Shown: one piece after another, positions 1-4,847 of the stretch
Numbering within the stretch: the stretch's first letter is position 1
How the letters are laid out: every line of letters starts with the position of its first letter
IMG/VR virus record: IMGVR_UViG_2713896781_000017
Source of the DNA: a virus
Lineage: Duplodnaviria > Heunggongvirae > Uroviricota > Caudoviricetes
Length of the DNA stretch: 4,847 nt
Direction: 5' to 3' (one strand)
Program-made: the position numbers and the translations under genes
The notes under the pieces: model-generated
Databases searched by the model: none
What the model was told of the DNA's origin: nothing
The model's input: the letters and a program-made list of their open reading frames with translations, nothing else

Positions 1-64
1 TTAGTCATCCTGTTTACCTCTTTCTCAGGGAGTTTAGTCTCCAGGATTCCCGGGGCGGTTCAAT

Positions 65-571
65 TTGATTTGCATGACAGTTTCAGGCCTGATCTTTATT
101 TTCCTTTTCTTCTGGTGGCGGGCAGATATTTACAGGGTCACGTTTCTTAATCAGAGTATATCCCACTATTACATTCTGTTTAGCATGGGAATAGCTTTTC
201 TGTTATCTCTGTTTTGGGTTAAGAAGGGGATAGTAAAACAAAGCGGCTGGAAGAGTCTGTCAGCATACCTTAAGGTTTATGCAGGGATGTGCATATTTGC
301 TGGATTTTTTCTGATTATACCCCTTACAACACTAACTTATTTTTTGCCTGGAGAGACATCGTCTTATGTTGCACCGTATCGGTATACTTCCGGTAGTTCA
401 AAAAGTTGTTCTGGAGCTGAGGTGGATGACCCCGATCTACATGAGAATATTCGCATTTGCTATCCGTATGGCAATTATGAGTACGATAATATTATCTATG
501 TTGAAAAGAAAATTAATACATTAGGTGCGGTAGTAACATATGCACAGACCGCGCGTGATGATACTGAATGA
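65..571 (+). CDS. hypothetical small integral membrane protein (three predicted TM helices plus a polar C-terminal domain of about 75 aa); prophage accessory (moron-like) gene
   Basis: Six-frame ORF 65..571. It begins with TTG at 65, preceded by a G-rich stretch GGGGCGG at 52-58; the first ATG is at 74. Three hydrophobic stretches by eye (about residues 4-18, 32-52, 68-94), then a polar tail with two Cys (SKSCSG, RICYPYG). The segment is visibly more AT-rich than the recombination genes to its right and is transcribed opposite to them. No family recognised by eye. Confidence 0.55.
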   Translation: MICMTVSGLIFIFLFFWWRADIYRVTFLNQSISHYYILFSMGIAFLLSLFWVKKGIVKQSGWKSLSAYLKVYAGMCIFAGFFLIIPLTTLTYFLPGETSSYVAPYRYTSGSSKSCSGAEVDDPDLHENIRICYPYGNYEYDNIIYVEKKINTLGAVVTYAQTARDDTE

Positions 572-605
572 GATAGTATATAGCGGGCAAGTTTTAGTTA
601 ATTTA

Positions 606-639
606 TCGAGGTAATATAATTTACCTCGACTCGTTTATT
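606..639 (+). terminator. putative intrinsic terminator downstream of the 65..571 gene
   Basis: Perfect inverted repeat tcgaggtaa (606-614) / ttacctcga (621-629) with loop tataat, followed by ctcgTTTATTc. The T-tract is interrupted and the stem is AT-rich, so this is weak. Confidence 0.3.
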
Positions 640-781
640 CTGGTATTAATATTTCGCTTTACGATCGATTTTTATCTGATGATATCATGCGGTTTTCATA
701 TACTGACTTACTGTCTTTTCTCCGTTAGCGATTTTCTCCTGCTCAGCGATGATTTTATCTTTGGCTTCTAGTTAATTTCGC

Positions 782-1003
782 TCACTTCGAACCTCTCTGT
801 TTACTGATAAGTTCCAGATCCTCCTGGCAACTTGCACAAGTCCGACAACCCTGAACGGCCAGGCGTCTTCGCTCATCTATGGGATCGCCACACTCACAAC
901 AATGAGTGGCAGATATAGCCTGGTGGTTCAGGCGGCGCATTTTTATTGCTGTGTTGCGCTGTAATTCTTCAATTTCTGATGCTGAATCAATGATGTCTGC
1001 CAT
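782..1003 (-). CDS. TraR/DksA-family C4 zinc-finger protein, 73 aa (lambda Orf73-like)
   Basis: ORF 782..1003. The translation contains C-x2-C-x17-C-x2-C (CCEC...GCRTCASC), the spacing seen in F-plasmid TraR, and has the same 73-aa length. In-frame TAA lies immediately upstream of the ATG at 1003. Confidence 0.8.
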   Translation of the reverse strand: MADIIDSASEIEELQRNTAIKMRRLNHQAISATHCCECGDPIDERRRLAVQGCRTCASCQEDLELISKQRGSK

Positions 1004-1028
1004 CTTCCATTAATCCCTGAATTGTTGG

Positions 1029-1057
1029 TTAATACGCTTGAGGGTGAATGCGAACAA
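1029..1057 (-). promoter_or_regulatory. candidate sigma70-like promoter for the TraR-like gene
   Basis: On the minus strand: TTGTTC (plus 1052-1057), a 17-nt spacer, then TATTAA (plus 1029-1034), about 25 nt upstream of the ATG at 1003. The match to consensus is weak. Confidence 0.2.
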
Positions 1058-1082
1058 TAAAAAAGGAGCCTGTAGCTCCCTG
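1058..1082 (-). terminator. putative intrinsic terminator after the 1102..1383 ORF
   Basis: Minus-strand RNA forms GGAGC-UACAG-GCUCC (plus 1065-1079), extendable by G-U/A-U pairs, followed directly by UUUUUUAUUGUU (plus 1064-1053). It lies about 25 nt past the stop at 1102-1104. Confidence 0.45.
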
Positions 1083-1101
1083 ATGATTTTGCTTTTCATG
1101 C

Positions 1102-1383
1102 TCACCGTTCCTTAAAGACGCCGTTTAACATGCCGATCGCCAGGCTTAAATGAGTCGGTGTGAATCCCATCAGCGTTACCGTTTCGCGGTGCTTCTTCAG
1201 TACGCTACGGCAAATGTCATCGACGTTTTTATCCGGAAACTGCTGTCTGGCTTTTTTGATTTCAGAATTAGCCTGACGGGCAATACTGCGAAGGGCGTTT
1301 TCTTGCTGAGGTGTCATTGAACAAGTCCCATGTCGGCAAGCATAAGCACACAGAATATGAAGCCCGCTGCCAGAAAAATGCAT
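1102..1383 (-). CDS. hypothetical protein in the early-left operon (position of lambda orf61); start uncertain (ATG 1383 or internal ATG 1317 giving 71 aa)
   Basis: Six-frame ORF 1102..1383, same strand as and adjacent to orf63. The C-terminal 71 aa (MTPQQENALRSIARQ...) look like a lambdoid early-region small protein. The ATG at 1383 directly follows an in-frame TGA (TGAATG). No convincing Shine-Dalgarno at either start. Confidence 0.5.
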   Translation of the reverse strand: MHFSGSGLHILCAYACRHGTCSMTPQQENALRSIARQANSEIKKARQQFPDKNVDDICRSVLKKHRETVTLMGFTPTHLSLAIGMLNGVFKER

Positions 1384-1393
1384 TCAGTGGTTG

Positions 1394-1585
1394 TCATACC
1401 AGGTCTCTCTCATCTGCTTCTGCTTTCGCCACCATCATTTCCAGCTTTTGCGAAAGGGATGTGGCTAACGTATGAAATTCTTCGTCTGTTTCTACTGGTA
1501 TTGGCACAAACCTGACTCCAATTTGAGCAAGGCTATGTGCCATCTCAATACTCGTTCTTAACTCAACAGGAGATGCTTTGTGCAT
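1394..1585 (-). CDS. lambda Orf63-like small protein (63 aa)
   Basis: ORF 1394..1585; translation [23 protein letters not shown]... matches my memory of lambda orf63. It overlaps orf60a by 28 nt, as in lambda. Confidence 0.8.
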   Translation of the reverse strand: MHKASPVELRTSIEMAHSLAQIGVRFVPIPVETDEEFHTLATSLSQKLEMMVAKAEADERDLV

Positions 1586-1740
1586 ATCGCCTCCCGTTTA
1601 TTATTTATCTCCTCAGCCAGCCGCTGGGCTTTCAGCGGATTTCGGATAACAGAAAGGCCGGGAAATACCCAGCCTCGCTTCGTAACGGAGTAGACGAAAG
1701 TGATCGTGCCTACGCGGATATTATCGTGAGGATGCTTCAT
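1558..1740 (-). CDS. lambda Orf60a-like small protein (60 aa)
   Basis: Track ORF 1558..1746; the likely start is the second Met (ATG 1740..1738), which overlaps the exo stop as ATGA. Translation [31 protein letters not shown]... matches lambda orf60a from memory. Confidence 0.8.
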   Translation of the reverse strand: MKHPHDNIRVGTITFVYSVTKRGWVFPGLSVIRNPLKAQRLAEEINNKREAICTKHLLLS

Positions 1741-2417
1741 CGCCATTGCTCCCCAAATACAAAACCAATTTCAGCCAGTGCCTCGTCCATTTTTTCGATG
1801 AACTCCGGCACCATCTCGTCAAAACCCGCCATGTACTTTTCATCCCGCTCAACCACGACATAATGCAGGCCTTCACGCTTCATACGCGGGTCATAGTTGG
1901 CAAAGTACCAGGCATCTTTTCGCGTCACCCACATGCTGTACTGCACCTGGGCCATGTAAGCCGACTTTATGGCCTCGAAACCACCGAGCCTGAACTTCAT
2001 GAAATCCCGGGAGGTAAACGGGCATTTCAGCTCAAGGCCGTTGCCGTCACTGCATAAACCATCGGGAGAGCAGGCGGTGCGCATACTTTCGTCGCGATAG
2101 ATGATCGGGGATTCAGTAACATTCACGCCGGAAGTGAATTCAAACAGGGTTCTGGCGTCGTTCTCGTACTGTTTTCCCCAGGCCAGCGCCTTAGCATTAA
2201 CTTCCGGAGCCACACCGGTGCAAACCTCAGCCAGCAGGGTGTGGAAGTAGGACATTTTCATGTCAGGCCACTTCTTTCCTGAGCGGGGCTTTGCTATCAC
2301 GTTGTGAACTTCTGAAGCGGTGATGACGCCGAGCCGTAATTTGTGCCATGCATCATCCCCCTGTTCGACAGCTCTCACGTCGATCCCGGTACGCTGCAGG
2401 ATAATGTCCGGTGTCAT
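1737..2417 (-). CDS. exo: lambda exonuclease (Red-alpha, 5'-3' dsDNA exonuclease), 226 aa
   Basis: ORF 1737..2417; translation [40 protein letters not shown]... is essentially lambda Exo. Its start overlaps the bet stop (tcat at 2414-2417 gives ATGA). Confidence 0.97.
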   Translation of the reverse strand: MTPDIILQRTGIDVRAVEQGDDAWHKLRLGVITASEVHNVIAKPRSGKKWPDMKMSYFHTLLAEVCTGVAPEVNAKALAWGKQYENDARTLFEFTSGVNVTESPIIYRDESMRTACSPDGLCSDGNGLELKCPFTSRDFMKFRLGGFEAIKSAYMAQVQYSMWVTRKDAWYFANYDPRMKREGLHYVVVERDEKYMAGFDEMVPEFIEKMDEALAEIGFVFGEQWR

Positions 2418-3199
2418 GCTGCCACCTTCTGCTCAGTGGCTTTCTGTTTCAGGAATCCAAGAGCTTTCACTGCTTCGGCCTGTGTCAGTTCTGACGATGC
2501 GCGAATGTCGCGGCGAAATATCTGGGAACAGAGCGGCAATAAGTCGTCATCCCATGTTTTATCCAGGGCGATTAGCAGAGTGTTAATCTCCTGCATGGTT
2601 TCATCGTTAACCGGAGTGATGTCGCGTTCCGGCTGGCGTTCTGCAGTGTATGCAGTATTTTCGACAATGCGCTCGGCTTCATCCTTGTCATAGATACCAG
2701 CAAATCCGAAGGCCAGACGGGCACACTGAATCATGGCTTTATGCCGTAACATCCGTTTAGGATGCGACTGCCACGGCCCCGTGATTTCTCTGCCTTCGCG
2801 GGTTTTGAATGGTTCGCGGCGGCATTCATCCATCCATTCGGTAACGCAGATCGGATGATTACGGTCCTTGCGGTAAATCCGGCATGTACAGGATTCATTG
2901 TCCTGCTCAAAGTCCATGCCATCAAACTGCTGGTTTTCATTGATGATGCGGGACCAGCCATCAACGCCCACCACCGGAACGATGCCGTTCTGCTTATCAG
3001 GGAAGGCGTAAATTTCTTTCGTCCACGGATTAAGGCCGTACTGGTTGGCGACGATCAACAATGCGATGAACTGCGCATCGCTGGCATCGCCTTTAAATGC
3101 CGTCTGGCGAAGAGTGGTGATCAGTTCCTGTGGGTCGACAGAATCCATGCCGACACGTTCAGCCAGCTTCCCTGCCAGCGTTGCGAGTGCTGTACTCAT
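2414..3199 (-). CDS. bet: Red-beta single-strand annealing protein (Bet), 261 aa
   Basis: ORF 2414..3199; translation [37 protein letters not shown]... is essentially lambda Bet. AGAGG Shine-Dalgarno upstream of the ATG at 3199. Confidence 0.97.
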   Translation of the reverse strand: MSTALATLAGKLAERVGMDSVDPQELITTLRQTAFKGDASDAQFIALLIVANQYGLNPWTKEIYAFPDKQNGIVPVVGVDGWSRIINENQQFDGMDFEQDNESCTCRIYRKDRNHPICVTEWMDECRREPFKTREGREITGPWQSHPKRMLRHKAMIQCARLAFGFAGIYDKDEAERIVENTAYTAERQPERDITPVNDETMQEINTLLIALDKTWDDDLLPLCSQIFRRDIRASSELTQAEAVKALGFLKQKATEQKVAA

Positions 3200-3204
3200 C
3201 CGTT

Positions 3205-3621
3205 TTATACCTCTGAATCAATATCAACCTGATGGTGAGCAATGGTTTCAACCATGTACCGGATGTGTTCTGCCATGCGCTCCTGAAACTCAACATCGTC
3301 ATCAAACGCACGGGTAATGGCTTTTTTGCTGGCCCCGTGGCGTTGCAAATGACCGATGCATAGCGATTCAAACAGGTGCTGGGGCAGGCCTTTTTCCATG
3401 TCGTCTGCCAGTTCTGCCTCTTTCTCTTCACGGGCTATCTGCTGGTAGTGACGCGCCCAGCTCTGAGCCTCAAGACGATCCTGAATGTAATAAGCGTTCA
3501 TGGCCGAACTCCTGAAATAGCTGTGAAAATATCGCCCGCGAAATGCCGGGCTGATTAGGAAAACAGGAAAGGGGGTTAGTGAATGCTTTTGCTTGATCTC
3601 AGTTTCAGTATTAATATCCAT
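3205..3621 (-). CDS. gam: Gam, RecBCD inhibitor (138-aa long form; internal start at 3501 would give the 98-aa short form)
   Basis: ORF 3205..3621; translation [32 protein letters not shown]... is lambda Gam. The internal Met41 (ATG 3501..3499) is preceded by AGGAG, whereas the ATG at 3621 has no obvious Shine-Dalgarno. Confidence 0.95.
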   Translation of the reverse strand: MDINTETEIKQKHSLTPFPVFLISPAFRGRYFHSYFRSSAMNAYYIQDRLEAQSWARHYQQIAREEKEAELADDMEKGLPQHLFESLCIGHLQRHGASKKAITRAFDDDVEFQERMAEHIRYMVETIAHHQVDIDSEV

Positions 3622-3719
3622 TTTTTATAAGCGTCGACGGCCTCACGAAACATCTTTTCATCGCCAATAAAAGTGGCGATAGTGAATTTAGTCTGGATAG
3701 CCATAATTGTTTGATCCAT
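3576..3719 (-). CDS. kil: Kil, host cell-division (FtsZ) inhibitor, 47 aa
   Basis: Internal Met of the 3576..3845 track ORF: [47 protein letters not shown] matches lambda Kil. AGGAG sits 9 nt upstream of the ATG at 3719. It overlaps the cIII 3' end and the gam 5' end, as in lambda. Confidence 0.9.
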   Translation of the reverse strand: MDQTIMAIQTKFTIATFIGDEKMFREAVDAYKKWILILKLRSSKSIH

Positions 3720-3852
3720 TTTTTGGGACTCCTGGCTGATTAAGTATGTCGATAAGGCGTTTCCATCCGTCACGTAATTTACGGGTGATTCGTTCAAGTA
3801 AAGATTCGGAAGGGCAGCCAGCAACAGGCCACCCTGCAATGGCATATTGCAT
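3688..3852 (-). CDS. cIII: cIII, inhibitor of FtsH-mediated cII degradation, 54 aa
   Basis: Not in the track (below its size cutoff). Manual translation of the minus strand from ATG 3852..3850 gives [54 protein letters not shown], ending at TAA 3690..3688. AAGGAG lies 6 nt upstream. Confidence 0.9.
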   Translation of the reverse strand: MQYAIAGWPVAGCPSESLLERITRKLRDGWKRLIDILNQPGVPKNGSNNYGYPD

Positions 3853-3900
3853 GGTGTGCTCCTTATTTATACATAACGAAAAACGCCTCGAGTGAAGCGT
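3853..3900 (-). promoter_or_regulatory. cIII leader: Shine-Dalgarno plus upstream stem-loop with U-tract (terminator-like; possible translational-control structure)
   Basis: Minus-strand RNA: 7-bp stem ACGCUUC/GAGGCGU with loop ACUC (plus 3883-3900), then UUUU (plus 3879-3882), then AAGGAG (plus 3859-3864) and the ATG. Confidence 0.4.
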
Positions 3901-3924
3901 AATTGGTATGCGGTAACGCCGCGC

Positions 3925-4079
3925 TCAGGCGGCCTTGATAGTCATATCATCTGAATCAAATATTTCTGATGTATCGATATCGGTAATTCTTATTCCTTCA
4001 CTACCATCCATTGGAGGCCATCCTTCCTGACCATTTCCATCATTCCAGTCGAACTCACACACAACACCATATGCATTTA
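3925..4079 (-). pseudogene. ea10: ea10 3' remnant (last ~51 codons), truncated by IS1 insertion
   Basis: Minus-strand translation from the IS1 boundary reads ...NAYGVVCEFDWNDGNGQEGWPPMDGSEGIRITDIDTSEIFDSDDMTIKAA then TGA (3927..3925), matching my memory of the lambda Ea10 C-terminus. The 5' part of the gene is missing and IS1 begins at 4080. Confidence 0.75.
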
Positions 4080-4102
4080 GGTGATGCTGCCAACTTACTG
4101 AT
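4080..4102. repeat. IS1 left terminal inverted repeat
   Basis: GGTGATGCTGCCAACTTACTGAT; imperfect inverse match to 4825-4847. Confidence 0.85.
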
Positions 4103-4134
4103 TTAGTGTATGATGGTGTTTTTGAGGTGCTCCA

Positions 4135-4410
4135 GTGGCTTCTGTTTCTATCAGCTGTCCCTCCTGTTCAGCTACTGACGGGGTGGTGCGTAACGGCAAA
4201 AGCACTGCCGGACATCAGCGCTATCTCTGCTCTCACTGCCGTAAAACATGGCAACTGCAGTTCACTTACACCGCTTCTCAACCCGGTACGCACCAGAAAA
4301 TCATTGATATGGCCATGAATGGCGTTGGATGCCGGGCAACCGCCCGCATTATGGGCGTTGGCCTCAACACGATTTTCCGCCATTTAAAAAACTCAGGCCG
4401 CAGTCGGTAA
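4135..4410 (+). CDS. insA: IS1 InsA (transposition repressor / DNA-binding N-terminal part of the transposase), 91 aa
   Basis: ORF 4135..4410; translation [40 protein letters not shown]... is IS1 InsA with its zinc-finger Cys motif. Confidence 0.95.
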   Translation: MASVSISCPSCSATDGVVRNGKSTAGHQRYLCSHCRKTWQLQFTYTASQPGTHQKIIDMAMNGVGCRATARIMGVGLNTIFRHLKNSGRSR

Positions 4411-4832
4411 CCTCGCGCATACAGCAGGGCAGTGACGTCATCGTCTGCGCGGAAATGGACGAACAGTGGGGCTATGTCGGGGCTAAATCGCGCCAGCGCT
4501 GGCTGTTTTACGCGTATGACAGGCTCCGGAAGATGGTTGTTGCGCACGTATTCGGTGAACGCACTATGGCGACGCTGGGGCGTCTTATGAGCCTGCTGTC
4601 ACCCTTTGACGTGGTGATATGGATGACGGATGGCTGGCCGCTGTATGAATCCCGCCTGAAGGGAAAGCTGCACGTAATCAGCAAGCGATATACGCAGCGA
4701 ATTGAGCGGCATAACCTGAATCTGAGGCAGCACCTGGCACGGCTGGGACGGAAGTCGCTGTCGTTCTCAAAATCGGTGGAGCTGCATGACAAAGTCATCG
4801 GGCATTATCTGAACATAAAACACTATCAATAA
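4329..4832 (+). CDS. insB: IS1 InsB reading frame (167 aa as conventionally annotated; expressed as the InsAB' fusion transposase by -1 frameshifting)
   Basis: ORF 4329..4832 in the -1 frame relative to insA; translation ...[72 protein letters not shown] is IS1 InsB. Confidence 0.9.
   Translation: MPGNRPHYGRWPQHDFPPFKKLRPQSVTSRIQQGSDVIVCAEMDEQWGYVGAKSRQRWLFYAYDRLRKMVVAHVFGERTMATLGRLMSLLSPFDVVIWMTDGWPLYESRLKGKLHVISKRYTQRIERHNLNLRQHLARLGRKSLSFSKSVELHDKVIGHYLNIKHYQ
4384..4394 (+). other. IS1 programmed -1 ribosomal frameshift site (A6C slippery motif)
   Basis: TTAAAAAACTC at 4384-4394, near the end of insA and inside the insA/insB overlap; the insB frame is -1 relative to insA. Confidence 0.8.
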
Positions 4833-4847
4833 GTTGGAGTCATTACC
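4825..4847. repeat. IS1 right terminal inverted repeat
   Basis: ATCAATAAGTTGGAGTCATTACC; reverse complement GGTAATGACTCCAACTTATTGAT resembles the left repeat. Confidence 0.85.

Larger units (their letters stand above)
4080..4847 (+). mobile_element. IS1 insertion sequence, complete 768-bp copy
   Basis: Starts GGTGATGCTGCCAACTTACTGAT (left inverted repeat) and ends ...ATCAATAAGTTGGAGTCATTACC (right inverted repeat) exactly at the window end; 768 bp; carries insA and insB with the A6C frameshift motif. Confidence 0.97.

Noticed and set aside
679-774. 31-codon hydrophobic mini-ORF on the plus strand in the AT-rich spacer
   Set aside because: No Shine-Dalgarno, and AT-rich DNA readily produces short hydrophobic ORFs; not supportable without expression data.
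1-781. Attempt to place lambda ea22/ea8.5 in the left part of the window
   Set aside because: No minus-strand ORF of appropriate size exists here, and the only substantial ORF is on the plus strand with an unrelated membrane-protein translation. The region is treated as a replacement segment rather than ea22.
1330-1515. 61-aa plus-strand ORF
   Set aside because: Antisense to orf63 and the adjacent hypothetical ORF; low-complexity translation; no expression signals.
1537-3558. Antisense or overlapping ORFs inside the recombination genes (1537..1863 +, 1746..2057 +, 2320..2586 +, 2343..2693 +, 2731..2964 -, 2762..3232 +, 3045..3317 +, 3159..3431 -, 3376..3558 +)
   Set aside because: They lie entirely within, or antisense to, confidently identified genes (exo, bet, gam), have no recognisable products or ribosome-binding sites, and are the expected by-product of GC-balanced coding sequence.
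3576-3845. 89-aa minus-strand ORF taken as a single gene
   Set aside because: Its C-terminal 47 aa are Kil starting at the internal ATG (3719) with its own Shine-Dalgarno. The N-terminal part is just the kil frame read through the cIII coding region, and cIII is in a different frame (3688..3852).
4106-4798. Additional ORFs inside IS1 (4106..4318 +, 4168..4383 -, 4278..4547 -, 4508..4798 -)
   Set aside because: They overlap insA/insB in other frames or strands. IS1 is known to encode only InsA and the InsAB' fusion.
1-4847. CRISPR arrays, tRNA/rRNA genes, tandem repeats
   Set aside because: No regularly spaced direct repeats, no cloverleaf-like candidates and no rRNA-like sequence noticed on manual inspection; only the short hairpins and the IS1 terminal repeats listed above.

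Overview
This window is the early-left (pL) arm of a lambda-type prophage, read on the minus strand, with a complete IS1 at the right edge and an unrecognised accessory gene at the left edge. From right to left: IS1 (4080..4847, insA/insB on +) has inserted into ea10, leaving a 3' remnant; then cIII, kil, gam, bet, exo, orf60a, orf63, a hypothetical ORF and a 73-aa TraR/DksA-type zinc-finger gene, all on the minus strand. Gene identities come from reading the supplied translations against remembered lambda proteins; no database search was run. Left of about position 780 the lambda-like synteny stops: an AT-rich, plus-strand gene (65..571) encodes a small membrane protein with three predicted transmembrane helices that I cannot place in any family. 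That gene is the best candidate for something new, possibly one half of a two-gene cassette whose upstream partner runs off the window. No tRNA, rRNA or CRISPR array was seen.
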